A program made the position numbers and the translations under genes. Shown here one piece after another: positions 10,758 through 23,767 of a stretch of 64,000 nt of DNA (within the stretch, counting starts at the first letter, position 1; each line of letters opens with the position of its first letter). The notes beneath the pieces are model-generated. The model did not search any database. It saw only the letters and a list, made by a program, of their open reading frames with translations, and was not told the DNA's origin. The stretch spans positions 62,744,001 to 62,808,000 of the forward strand of contig NC_135656.1 in the NCBI RefSeq assembly GCF_964188315.1. Reading direction: 5' to 3'. The DNA comes from Podarcis muralis. Its lineage: Eukaryota.

Positions 10758-12368
10758 CTGAGGCAAAAAAGAAAGCAGCTGCTTAGGATAATCAGAAAGT
10801 TGCTTAGAAGTAACTGAGCACAGTAAAACCTCAATAATATTACAATTACTGGCTAAATTAAAACTTTCGCAGAGCAACTGTAAGCAAGTTGCTGATTGAC
10901 ATTCAGACTTCCTTACAACACCTAGAACAATGACACAGGGCTACGGAGAATGAGTGGGAGAGAGAACTTGCTCAGCCAGGTGAAGGTGAAAATTGATGTG
11001 CTTTTCAAAACCATTTCTTGAAATTTCCCCATCTTTAAGATAATACCATAAATGAGATCGGCATGTAAATATTATAAAGAAAAAGTTATCAACATTCACT
11101 AGCCTTAATTGTCACTAGTTCTGCAATCCTTAAATGCCACACCCTTAAAAAAAACTTCTTAAGAACAGCTGTTCTAGGGATTAGAGGATTAACAACAAGA
11201 AAAAACCCAGAAAGGGACAAAAAAGCAGATTCTATTTAATGCTGTCCCATTTATGGAGGCTCCTTGATCCAGAGAAGGCTTCTGCTAACAGAAGGGGAAG
11301 GGAGGCAATTTCCACAAATTCCTCCTCTCTCTTATTTTTTGTTTAGTTAATAACATTTATATAGTGCTTGCTTGTAATAAAACTTCTAAGCAGTTTACAA
11401 AAATATACAGTCCTCCATGCCACCTCTTTTAACAAAGAGCTGAAGAGGGAAGGTGGAGTCAGAAAAAAACAAAAAACGCTACATACATAGGAAAAGAAAG
11501 AAAGAAAACCAACCCACAGCAGGGGTGGGGTGAGCTGTTCAGTGAACAATTTAGAATGGAAAATGGTTGACACAGAAAAGGATTAAGCATAGTTCCCCTC
11601 ACTCCCTGCTTTCAACCTTTCCCTCACAAAATGGCTTTTATCAAGCTACACAGAACTGCATTGCTGAAATCCCAAGGCAAACCGTCCAGAGTTCAGACTC
11701 GCGAAGCACACAGGGGCTTACTTCCAACAACACATGCACAGGGAACTTGAAAGAGAGCCACACCATACATTTAAGGCACATCCGATGCACATTACTGTAC
11801 CCCAACAATCTTGACATAGATATAATTCCCAGCACCCTTAACAAACTGTAGCTCCCAGGATTCTTTGGGGGAAGCCATGTGTTTTAAATATGCACCAAAT
11901 ACATGGTGTGGATATGCAAAAAGCACCTGAGTTTGTTTCCTCTGAAGACAAGGTCAACAGCAAAGAGGTAGAATGAGCAAATGCTTCTGGGTTTGCAAGA
12001 AAAGATGACGCCCACAGTACACTAGCTGTGTACTGCACTAGCACAGATCAATCTCAGGCGCAAAACTTAAGGGAAAAGACTGGTAGCAGTCACACTGTTG
12101 TGTAAAACAAAGCAGAAGGTTTAGGCACAACTGTGAAGTACACATCAGTGCCAAAGCACACTCCAAACTGAGCAATGGACCTCTTCTTCTTTTTTAAAAA
12201 AAGGGGGGAACAGACTCCTCCTGAATATAAGCTGCAGAGGGAGACTCTGGATCACTCTTGGCAGTCTGCAGGCAATTTATTTGCACCTTAGATGAGCAGC
12301 AATTGGCAAGCTTGTGAAATTACATCATTTCACCTCTCGTCATACATATAAAAAGGGCTAGCACTCAC

Positions 12369-12442
12369 GAAAGTCCTGTGAGGGCACTGATAGGGGCCCC
12401 GGGCCTCTGACGCTGGAGCCGGGTTCCAAGGCCATACTTGTC
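12369..12442 (-). CDS. DCTN4: DCTN4 exon (DKYGLGTRLQRQRPGAPISALTGL)
   Basis: 74 nt, tag| to |gtgagt. Confidence 0.96.
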
Positions 12443-13310
12443 CTAGGAAAGAAGTATGCAAGGAAAGTTAGGTCTGTTGATTGTAACAAGTTCAGGTGGT
12501 TTCTGACAGCTTGAGGGGCATAAGGGATCAAGCATGCGCACACACGCACACACAAAGGCAATGCATATGGTTTTCTATCTCTGTTCAAATGAATTTTTAG
12601 TAGCTTGGTTAATAAAATAAAATAATTGATCAAATGCTGGAAGAGGGACGCAGCATGCTACTGAAACAACCCTATTTTTAAAAACCTCCTACCCTGACCT
12701 ATTTTCATGTGATGCTCCAATGGATACTCCACTTGACAGCTAATGTAGCTTGCTCAGAGTGTAACTGTTCTCATAATGGGTATAATTTTGTGACAAAAAT
12801 ATATTTGACTACAGTTAAGACACCATTGGACAGAAAGAAATAGTTGTGATAATGGTATGACACTCTACAGCTCAGATTAACTACCATCAGGCAAGGTATT
12901 CACTGACAAGTTGCTACAATTCAACTAGTAACAAATATATAGAACAGTATCAACCATAAAGAAACAGCATGGTTGGATATATAGCTGAACTTTCCTAGTC
13001 ATGCTGGCTGGGGCTGTAAGTCCAACCACATCTGGAGGCACCAAGTTGGCTACTCTTGTACTAGAGCACTGCACCAAGAGCCTACCCAACAGAGAAGACT
13101 TGCACAAATATTTATTTGCACACCTGTTTCCATCCACTCACAGTTCTTTGGATTCAGTGTTATCCTATAACCACCCTGCAATTCAGGTCACTAGATTTCC
13201 AATCAACATACAGGAAAACAGAGAAACAAAGATTTAGCCAATGCTACTCTGGAAATCATTGGCTGTAGGGGTCGTGGGATGGGGATTTCAACTGAAAATT
13301 TCCCAGGAAG

Positions 13311-13585
13311 CAGTCCTGTTACATCCTGTGTCATTTTTTATGGCGGTGGTGCATGTCATTTTAGGAAGAAGGAACACGCACTTGGAGAAAAAATGGTGTA
13401 TGGTGGTACCTCCGGTTGCAGACGGGATCCGTTCCGGAGGTCCAGTCGGATCCTGAGGTTTCCACAACCTGAGCACAATCTGTGCATGCATGCGTGGTGA
13501 AACCTGGTAAAATACTTCCAGGTTTGCCACATGCACATCCCGAAATGTACGTAACCAGAGGGTTACATTAACGGAGGTTCGACTG
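13311..13585. mobile_element. Tigger/pogo-like DNA transposon remnant
   Basis: Right end GGAGGTTCGACTG followed by TA resembles the Tc1/pogo terminus CAGTCGAACCTC; left end degenerate. Confidence 0.55.
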
Positions 13586-14491
13586 TACTTCTTTCTACCT
13601 GTATGACCTATGATATTACATCTAAGTCAGAGAATACTTCTAATAATGACTGTTGCTTAAGAGACAGACATAATACAAAAAAAAAGCTTTGACGTTTTAA
13701 ACTGTAAACCAGCATTGTTGTAGACAGCAATACAGATGCACATATTTTAGGAGAGCATAGCTTTGGGGGTGGGGGATTACATGAGCAGGGATCAAACACC
13801 CCCAAAGAAAGGACCTGAATATAAGTAGTGCCCCTACACCAGAAAATCCTGCTGGGGCATTAAACAGAGTCCAGACCATCAAAAAAGTACTCTGCCCACA
13901 TACCCAGCTGGTTCGCACATCACATCAAGCTGGTTTATGGATTAATCATACAAATCCCACCTGACTGCAGCTCAAGTCCCAATGTGGCTTCTTCCTTCCA
14001 CAAGCTATAGTATGGCTTGTCATGTTGCCTGAACCCAAAGTTACTTACAGGCAGTGAGCTAGAAATAAACCAAGAACAAATCTTAGTTGATCTCTAGCTT
14101 GCTGCTAGAGACATCACAGCAAATCAAAATATGGTTTGCGTTGGGGGTGAAGCCGCAAAGGGACTTGGGCAGTATAAGGGAAGACATGTTCACAATTAAA
14201 CCGTGGTTTAAGATAAACTGAGGCTTAGCATGTATGAACCAGCTCACTCTGTTAGCAGGGACTTGAACCGGCAAACATCATTCTTTATATGGACAATGAA
14301 AATGTACTCAAAGTCCATAGCAATAGGTCTACCAACCTTGCCCACTCATTAACTGTATGCAATCTGGACTTCAACTGTAGTACTACAAGCACATCCAAGA
14401 CCAGAAGGCTGAGTACACTAAATACTGACATACCAGTAGAACACAAGTGGTTTCAAAGGTTTTAACGCTATCAGAAACTGAAGGGACTTAC

Positions 14492-14512
14492 CACTACATG
14501 TATAGTGTGTTG
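14492..14512 (-). CDS. DCTN4: DCTN4 alternative 21-nt microexon (QHTIHVV)
   Basis: ccgcag|CAA CAC ACT ATA CAT GTA GTG|gtaagt; phase 0-0; matches the 7-aa insert I recall from the longer human DCTN4 isoform. Confidence 0.9.
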
Positions 14513-15179
14513 CTGCGGAGAGCCCCCAAATTAGCAGCAGGTAGCAACGGAGACAAGAAAAAAGCAGCAATAAAGACAAAAGCAAATGCACAGAGCAAGC
14601 AGGTTATACGGGTATCCAAGAGGTAGGAAGCATATGCAAAAATATTCAGCTAAGCAAAAAGTAAGCCTTTCAAATGACACAGGCTGCACAGCTGAAAACT
14701 GAAATGAAATATTGTCACATCTTATGATTTCTAGCACTTAGCAAGTTTGTGCTGACTATGAGCTAGGCAAGCAAATACTTAGTGACAAATATTTAGTCAG
14801 TATAATAAAACTGAAAGCAGGAGCATCTTGGCCTAGCTGTTTTCCAGCCCTGACAAATGCTTGCTCTTCTTAATACAATCCTGGGTTACTTGAGGGATTT
14901 CAAATGACAGGTGTCTACATTTTGGTAGTGGACAATATCCCTTAATAAACTGCAAAACACTCTGAAATCTTTCTATACACAGATGCTTGGAACTTGTTCT
15001 TGGAAGATTATTGATCTGACATGGTTCCAACAAACTCTGAAGATTTTTGTTTGTTTTGTTTGCTTGCTTCTTTTTTACAAGTCTCAACTAAAAACAACAT
15101 TTATGCCCTTGAAGCTTAAAAAACTGTCTTCTGATTTTGCCCAAGAGCTCCAGAATTCTGTATTGTTGTCCTAGCTCAC

Positions 15180-15287
15180 CGAAAAAGCAAGGGGCATGTA
15201 GGGTCTGCGTCGAACCAACTTTTTACGATCCCTCTCCATCTTCTCCTTCTGAGCCAGCTGTTGATAATACTCGACCAGTTTGTTAAT
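15180..15287 (-). CDS. DCTN4: DCTN4 exon 5 ([36 protein letters not shown])
   Basis: 108 nt, cag| to |gtgagc. Confidence 0.97.
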
Positions 15288-16087
15288 CTGATTAGAAAGG
15301 AACGTCAGTTTAAGATGTGAACTGGAAGAAAAGCTGTTCCTGGTAAAGTAAAGGTTAAACAAAATGGTGGATATACTTGGGGGGGGTGTCCCTTTTTGTT
15401 TTTTCCTTAGTTGAGCTGCAGCAGCAGCTTCTTGCCCAACTCCTGACATCAGTTAACTGACCCAGTTAGCTAGCAGTGCCATGCACATCCTAACAATTTT
15501 ACCCACTGCTCTTTCCTCAGAGAAACTGAAAAAAGAAGCTTGCATTACATCATATCCTACTCTTAGGTGGAGATGGGCCAGACAGACAAGAAGGCCAGCA
15601 GGAAATAGAGCTCTCGTTCTCAAATAACTACTCTGAACAGAGTAATTCATGTTAGTGGCAGTGCATCTGTATGAGAAGGCTCAAATCAGTGTAGTATATT
15701 GGAGCTGGGGAAAGATGCTGACCTCTGCATGACACAAGGTCTGTGCCAATTCCTGATGACTGCTAGTTTAAACTGCATTCCAGCAGCTAATGAGGTCAAT
15801 GTAGGTGGGCCACTTCTCAAAGAATGCATGTTGTGGAAAACGGCTTGGACTACTTGGTTATGTTTTGCTCACCATAATGTCATCCCCAGCCCCCGTTCGA
15901 TGCTAAAGTGCTAAATCAATTGGGGAAAGATGCAGTCTAGCCTCAACCATGCAGGACTCATTCTTTCAAGTTTAATTAAATGTTGATTCTCTTCTGTGAG
16001 TTAAGAGATAGACAAGAGCAGACCCAACACAAAGACTCTTCTTTTTCAGGCTACTCTATGAAAGAAAAAGCAATTCCTTTCACGTAC

Positions 16088-16131
16088 CTTCTGAGTATGA
16101 GGATTTTCTGGCTCCTGCCAACCTCCACTGG
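16088..16131 (-). CDS. DCTN4: DCTN4 exon 4 (ASGGWQEPENPHTQK)
   Basis: 44 nt, cag| to |gtacgt. Confidence 0.96.
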
Positions 16132-16760
16132 CTGCAACACAACAAAGCAATTTTTAAAAGGCTGGTGGGTGTGGGGGGAGGGAGAGAGAGATCATACATG
16201 CACTGGACAGAGAAAATGAAACATATCCAAAATTACTGCCTGCTTCTCTCCTCCTCTCATCTAACTCAGACCACGGTTCATTAAATCTGGTATTATTAGT
16301 ATCAATGTGTCAGATACCAAAAGCTTAAAGTTCTTCTGCATCACAAGCTGAAAATGGCAGAACTGCATAATATAGCAGCAAAGATGTGTTTTCTATACTT
16401 GTGTCTGAAGGTCAACATGAATGCAGGGGCACAGAGAAATATTTGTAGGAAATTACTGACAGGCGAGAGAGATGTTGAACCCATTTAACACCCACATATT
16501 TTCACCTACAAATGCCCCCTTTACTTGAGAATAATTCCCCTACCCAGACTATTCTGGGTTTTAGAATTCAGCTAGGCAAAACACAGTAGAAACATAGCTA
16601 GGGGTGCAGAAGATATTTCCAGGGTGGGGGAGAATAATGCACCCTTCCTTCCACTATATATACATGGTAAATAATACTACAGCATGAAAAATGTTACAAC
16701 ACATGAAATTTCTACTTATATTTATACTGAAAGCCCATGAAGAAGTCCCATTGCATAGGC

Positions 16761-16896
16761 CAGTGGTGGTCAAACTTGGCCCTCCAGCTGTTTTTGGACT
16801 ACAACTCCCATCAACCCTAGCTAACAGGACCAGTGGCCAGGGATGATGGGAATTGTAGTCCCAAAACAGCTGGAAGGCAAAGTTTGGCCACCACTG
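16761..16896. mobile_element. Palindromic hAT-type MITE, 136 bp
   Basis: Near-perfect foldback CAGTGGTGGTCAAACTT...AAGTTTGGCCACCACTG; 8-bp TSD gcataggc (16753-16760, 16897-16904). Eroded relatives near 9440, 12990, 35030, 39050 and 63800. Confidence 0.9.
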
Positions 16897-17239
16897 GCAT
16901 AGGCAGAAGTTCTTGTGTTAACGGGACAACTTTGTGGGATACAACCCGCTTTTTTTTTGCTTAGTTTATGCAGCCTGTGAGCAAACAGTACTCCAAGGAC
17001 ATAGGCACGCATCCTCAGAGCTCAATTCTGACTATTTTGGTAGCATAATAATAACACCATTCACCAATGGAAGCTAACCTCTATAAGCTCTTCACACAGC
17101 CCTACTTATCTTCCCAGCTCTTAGTATTGAATTACAAAAACAACACTCCACATTCTAATTAAGGCTGCATGCAAAACATGTCATGAAAAAGTTTTCTAAC
17201 AACACTTGCAATATTCATCTGAAAACAAATGCAACTCAC

Positions 17240-17418
17240 CAACTGATTTATCTGCCATGCCAACATCTCTGGAAGTCCAGCGGCAAAAGCCACAGGCCAG
17301 GTAATAAGCCTTCTTCATTGTGGTCTTGGCTGGGTCATCAGGCAGCGGAGCAGGGATGCTTGTTGCTCGGGTAGAGAGTGTGTGCATACAGCAAGGACAG
17401 TCAAAACAGTTAGCACAC
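17240..17418 (-). CDS. DCTN4: DCTN4 exon 3 ([14 protein letters not shown]...[20 protein letters not shown])
   Basis: 179 nt, cag| to |gtgagt; Cys-rich p62 region. Confidence 0.97.
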
Positions 17419-18185
17419 CTGAACAGGGAGAGACCAGCATGGAAGTTTGACTCAAGTTTGTACTTGAACACCAGGGATTATACCTGCTGTTCAAGGCTCC
17501 TGATTTTCTGTTTTATAACTCAGAAATTGCCTCTGACAAGTTTTAAAAAAACCAAATTCTTTCCAAAGGTGTTACTATGAAAGAAAGGACTTAACAGAAT
17601 CAGTCAACAAAAAACAAAGTAACCCATTTCATTCCACTTCCATCACCCTTTGCGAAAGGGCACAAAACATGCTGCAGGCAAAGTTTCAAATCTGGTCACA
17701 GTAAACATTCAAGATTCCACAAGTGCTCTGATCCACTCTGCATGTATTTCACAGAAATTCACAAAAGCATAGGTGTCAATGTACGACAGATGTAAATTCA
17801 TTCTGAAAGCCTTATTACAGCATGGGAGATCACCAACAATTCCAGTGTGCTTTTCTTGTGATTTCACAAAAAAACGCATTTAGAGTGTGAAAAGGAAACA
17901 GGCTCGTGCTCAAGTGTAAATTATTGCAACAATATTTCTCCAGTACTGTCAGTAGTTAGCAGTGCAGACTATAAACAGAGTGCTAAGTCAAACACACAAA
18001 AGCACTTTCCTCATCACAATGAGATCACATTGTAAATAAAATCCTTACTTAGAGGATTTTCAAAATTGTTTCAGATTCTTACTAAGGTGCTGTGGACAAG
18101 TATACACTGATAGAAGGGAGACTATCCTAAAGCATGAGAAAAGTATTGAGTAAGGTGAGAATCACAGAAGTAGCATGTAGTCTTA

Positions 18186-18296
<111 letters not shown>

Positions 18297-21271
18297 TTAT
18301 CCTTCACCAGATACTTTTCCAATAGAAAAAAACCCCACAACTTTTTTTAGGGCTGCACAGCATAGTAGGTAGTTCAAGGTATGAGACATCAAGTCCCCAG
18401 TCTGATTCTTACCTTTGTCATGAATTCATCAGATGGCCTTAGGCAAGCCACTCCACCTCAGTTTTAAAGTGGAGTCTGTTAAGGATCCTGGGCATTGTAG
18501 CTCTGTGAGTGGGGAAAGCTACAGTTTCCAGGATTCTTTGGAGGAAGTCATGCATAAGTACACAGCCTTATACCTCTTTACTTACAGAGTAGTTATAATG
18601 AATACAAAGATTCCTTTATAAGGAATGTGAAATGTTGTCAACCCCCCAAAACACTAAAAAGTATCATCATCTTAAAACTGAGATGTCTGGGGAATTTCTT
18701 GACCTAAACACAAAAAATTATTTTCAAACAACAGACAAACTGTTCTGGCAAAGTTATTCAGTTTTCTAATGCCCAGGAACTAAGCCAAATATGATTACTG
18801 TCTTACTATTCAGATGGAATTTAACAGTATGTTGCTGAACTATGTGCTAACAACCTTCCACACTGCCACTCTCACAGATATCATCATCTATATTATTCTG
18901 AACACTGGTGGAAATAACTGAGCAAATAATTTCTTGTTCACACTAAAGTACTTTATTTCCAACTTGTCTGAATCTTCAGTCCTTCCAGAATAACATAATG
19001 CTACTTCTTGAGACATTGTACATTTTAAAGATCATTTATAAGCAAAGGGGCACATTACAAACAAATGCATGTAATAAAACCCCACCTTTAAAAGAATCAC
19101 CAAAGAAGGGGAGTGCCTAATTTCTTCCATAACCCTTAAGAATAAAACAGCTTTACTAGACTGATTTTGAATGGACAATCATTGGGGACAGTCAAATACA
19201 CAGACTACTTCACCCCCCTGAGTCTGTTTTTCAGCTTTTCAGCTTTGTTTATGCATTTGCATGGAGCTTGACCCTTGCTTACTCAGGGTTCATACACCAG
19301 AACAAGGCATATCAGAATTCAATACCCACTTATTAAATAGGTCTTATATATGAGTAGACATGTATAGAATTGCATTGCAAGGCATTCAAAAATAAACATT
19401 TCAGTTTTAATAATCTTAGTTAAATCCAGCGTAAATTAGGATTTCTGCACAGGAGCAAATATTCAGATCAGGAACTGTTAATAAAATTATGTTAGTTTTT
19501 CAGAACATCAGTTCCATTTATGTATATTTTTAAAAGGTCATCAAATTCAAGCCATGTATCCAATGTTTTATTCAAACAAAAAATTCTCAGTATAGAATCC
19601 TGTATCTTGCAACATCCACAGACCTATAATAAAGAGGAATGCTTCCATTATCCCAAATGAAATCAATTATCATAATTTAGCAATGAATTAATTTTTTAGC
19701 TAAAGAATAGATGAAAATGAAGAAATGTCTAGGTGTGAATGAGGACAAAGAAACCAACTCAGCTCTGAATCAACTGGGTATCAATACAGGGGATACAATG
19801 TATCTGCATATACAAATTGAAAAACTAATTTAATAGTTATTACCTCTTCATAAACTATTCTGAGATTTATAGTTCAGTAAAGGAACCTTTGGACTTCTAG
19901 CAGAGAAAATTCAGCAACCTTGTCAAAGAACAATTCCAAGGATTCTTTCATGAATCAGAACTGGAATAAAACCCATAAATTGATCGTGTAGATATACCCT
20001 TTGGATTATTTGGCCTGAAATGTGTTCACTTTCTTCTGAGAGCACATACTGACTTGATGTATGGGAATCTCACATTCATTTCAACATAATGAAGAGATTT
20101 GTTCGGTAACCTTTTCTGATGACAGGACAAAGCAGGTTTTCGGCTGTTCTAGTCACAGCGTTTGATGCATATCAACAATGCTAATGCTGTTCTCACTCTT
20201 CTTAGCTATACAGAACTGGTGAAAAACTGTGATATGTGAATTACCTGCCACTGTCTTTCTCCATCTTTTACATAAACACAGGAACACAGAAAGGTAAGGA
20301 TATCTGTATATCTAAGCCTGTATGCTCTATTGTGACCAACAGTGTTTCTCTTAACAGGAGAAGTCTTCCCCATCACTTGCCACCTAATCCTTTTAACTGG
20401 AGATGCCAGGGACTGAACTTGGGTCCTTCTATAGGTACAGCATGTGCTCCACCACTGACCTAGGCTTTACAAATGAATTCCCAACCTATCACATTGGCAT
20501 CTATAGTTTATAAACTTGAATAGAAGAGGTAAGGCTTACCTACACTCATCTAAAATGTTATTGCAGTGGGTTTTTTATATATACTGAAAGACTGTGAAAT
20601 AATACAGATGTTCTTTACACAAGTCTAAGTTATCATGAAAAGAACACTGGACCAAGGTGTGGGCAGGCAGGCAGGCAGGTGTGACTTGTGAACAGAGTTG
20701 CAACTTCAGCCCCCAACTATGCCAAAATTAGGTGCAGAAGCAGGCTCTAATCTTTAGACATTTGTTAAGCCAAAGTCACAAAGCAGCATGGCGTTTTAAA
20801 AGTTTTACAGCTACTTTACTTATTTTGATGTTCTAACAAAGTAAAACATGTGTCCAGGCCTATTTAGTAATCTTATGGTCAAGGTAGAAGCTGCACTCAG
20901 GTTGGCACACTATGAACTGGCTGTCTCCATTCTCTACAGCTTAAAAGGGCGAAAAAGATTTAAGAGTGAAAAGAATTCAGCTAAGATATAAATGACCATT
21001 CTGTGTAACAAGAAAATTCAGTGTCAAACTCCCTGGGTGGTACTCAACCAGGTTTCACCCAGAGTAAATTAATGGACACATCTCAGTTATGTTCATTAAT
21101 TTCAACCGGTCTGCTATGAGTAAAACATAGCTGAATACCACCCTCTACATCCAAATAAACTGGGGGAAAGAAGACAGAATTTTTAAGACAATCAATTAGA
21201 GGTTGTGATAGGAGTGGCTAATCAGAAAATGACTTGGCTAATCAGAAGAGAAAGAAACTGGTTTCTCCACA

Positions 21272-21574
21272 TCCATCATTCAGCCCAGACACTGAGGTCC
21301 AGGCCGAAGGGCCTTCTGGCGGTTCCCTCACTGCAAGATGTGAGGTTACAGGGAAGTAGGCAGAGGGCTTTCTCGGCAGTGGCACCCGCCCTGTGGAACG
21401 CCCTCCCATTAAAAGTCAAGGAAATAAACAACTATCTGACTTTTAGAAGACATCTGAAGGCAGCCCTGTTTAGGGAAATTTTTAATGTTTGAAGTTCTAT
21501 TCTGTTTTTGATGTTCTGTTGAAAGCCGCCCAGAGTGGTTGGGGAAACCCAATCAGATGAGCAGGGTAGAAATA

Positions 21575-21640
<66 letters not shown>
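21272..21640 (+). mobile_element. L2-clade LINE 3' fragment with (AAT)n tail
   Basis: Aligns by eye to the 3' end of the 24555-26214 element (LLAVPSL...QRAFS.VAPALWNALP); (AAT)n at about 21576-21634. Confidence 0.9.
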
Positions 21641-22149
21641 TCAGTTGGTAAGATTTATCTGTAATCACTTCTGTGACCTGCACAGAACACAATAAGCTAT
21701 AGAAATGGAGGGATGGGGCACAAAACTCAAGCACCACACAGGCTGCTAAAAGAACAAATAAGAAGACTGGAAGAGATTTATTTTAATGTGACTATACAGT
21801 ATAGGAAGCAAAAGGGTAATAAATATGTAGCTAATTATCACCCCCCACACACAGAGAGAGGGAGAGTAACAGCGCCCCACCATGCCTACTGCTTACAAAA
21901 TGCTATGGGGGTTGTTGTGACTTAACTATCCTGTGCATAACTCAGCTCTGCCAGAACAGAGCAACCGGCAGGCTCACACCACCCCAGGAAGCAACTGAGA
22001 GGCTAAGGAGGACTATAATTAACAACACAACTCCAGTGATGCCAGACTATAAAATGAAGAACTGGCATCCCGCGGCAGAGATGAGGGAGAGGGCGACGCT
22101 ACCTCCACACATCATATATAAATCAAAGAATGATATGGACCCTCCTCCC

Positions 22150-22560
22150 TCTAATCCATCCATCTCCCCTAACCAACAGAATGAAGCGGAGCAGCGAGTG
22201 GCAGCTGGACGGGCCAATCAACGGGCTCTCGAGGCGTTGGATGGGGCGCCCCCCCCCGGTTCTCCAGCCCCCGCCCGGTTTACCTCATGAGAGACGCACT
22301 CGAGGGAGCGCAGCTCACTGCAGTAGCGGCAGAAATAGAGCTGCGAGAGCGGCATGCGGATCTCCTTCTCGCCCCGCACCAGGTACGAAACGCGCTCGGA
22401 CTGCAGCAGCGAAGCCATTTTGGAAAGACGGGGACCAGCCCCAACCTCTCCAGCCGCTCGCCGCACCCAGCCGCCCCGACTTCCGCCACGTGACCCGGAA
22501 GAGAACCGCTTGGGCTGGTCGCTTCCGGGTGACGCTCTCTTATCTCCTCCTGGCGTAACG
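22150..22560 (-). promoter_or_regulatory. DCTN4: DCTN4 CpG-island promoter
   Basis: CpG-rich; E-box CACGTG next to CCGGAAG (22487-22501) and an opposed CTTCCGG at about 22522. Confidence 0.8.
22284..22418 (-). CDS. DCTN4: DCTN4 exon 1 ([14 protein letters not shown]...LECVSHE), dynactin subunit 4 (p62)
   Basis: ATG at 22418, 135 nt, donor |gtaaac. The 13 constitutive exons sum to 1383 nt = 460 aa plus stop, the length I recall for human DCTN4. Confidence 0.98.
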
Positions 22561-23767
22561 TCATAGGGAGGGGAGATGAAATACTGTACTGTAAATGGAT
22601 GGTTAAAACAGAAAGATACATAGACCGATAATTTATATTTATTAATTATATATAAAATATTATATTTATGTCTATCTGATTCTAAATTTTAAATTTGATT
22701 TCATGGGTGCCACAGAACATGTTTTAACGTTTCTGTACAGAAGCCACAAATTTTACTGCATGATAAAGTCTGTAGCTGTGTATAATATATATATTGTTAA
22801 GAGCTGTGTTGTAAGCCACCCTAGGGACATTTCTGTGAAAGGCAGAAATAAATTAGGAAGCGCATCTCAGTCCTAATCTTCTTAATTAGTCCCCCCCCCC
22901 CTTTAAATAAAATTTTCGGAATTCCTTCCGATGATCAAGCTGGACACTGTTTAGGACACATAATCCACCCTGAAAACCTCATTATATGCAAAAGCACAAC
23001 TGAAGACTCGTGTTTACTTTGTCATTTAGCCAGTACCTTAGTTCTATAGCAATGTTTATGGAAGCTTAGATATATTTACAGTGTTTCCCCACCTGCCGGT
23101 GACTCCTCTCCTCCTATCCAATCCTTTTTCTTCTGCTGTAAGCTCCAAATGGAGTTGAAAATTGACTTTCCACAGATATGTTTTATTTGCTGTGTGTGGC
23201 ATGGGTACTGTGGGGAGGGTGGTGTACACATTCACTGTAAGCCTTCATGAACCTATCAGAATGCAGCATTTTAATTAACTAAAAATACATATACAATATG
23301 TGAAGTCTATCTAATGTAGCAGGCAGCTTTGCCATATGTTTGTTAGTAAAACTCTTAATGGAACTAGGGTACTGGTTTTAGGATTAAGGTACCAGGTGTA
23401 GCAGGGAGGTATGCTACATCTTACACAGTGTAATCAGAACCATGTAACTATAGGTTCCTGTCAAAAGAAGCACCTTGGAATCATAGAAACATAGAATTGG
23501 GACCTTAGCGGTCATCTAGTCCAATCCCCTGCCATGCAAGAATCTCAGCTAAAGCATCCATTCTAAAGCATTATATTCTTCTACGGTTTATTTCATCATT
23601 TGTTTCTGGCTTACAAAACTTCGTTTTAACTGTGGTTTGGCATAATATTAATCCAGCACCCATCCGTAACCCTGGCTTGTTTGGCCACCCCATCTCAGAT
23701 GCTCAGAAAGCTACAAAAGTACCTTAAGCCAAGAACAGCTGGGAAGGAAAAACCAAATTTTGGGGGG

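Noticed and set aside
21432-21737. Poly-Tyr, poly-Ile, poly-Asn and poly-Leu ORFs (also 26802, 45240, 45260, 48295, 48371)
   Set aside because: Translations of trinucleotide microsatellites.
22036-22621. Several ORFs on both strands over DCTN4 exon 1
   Set aside because: CpG-island artefacts; only 22284-22418 matches a known protein and has a proper donor.
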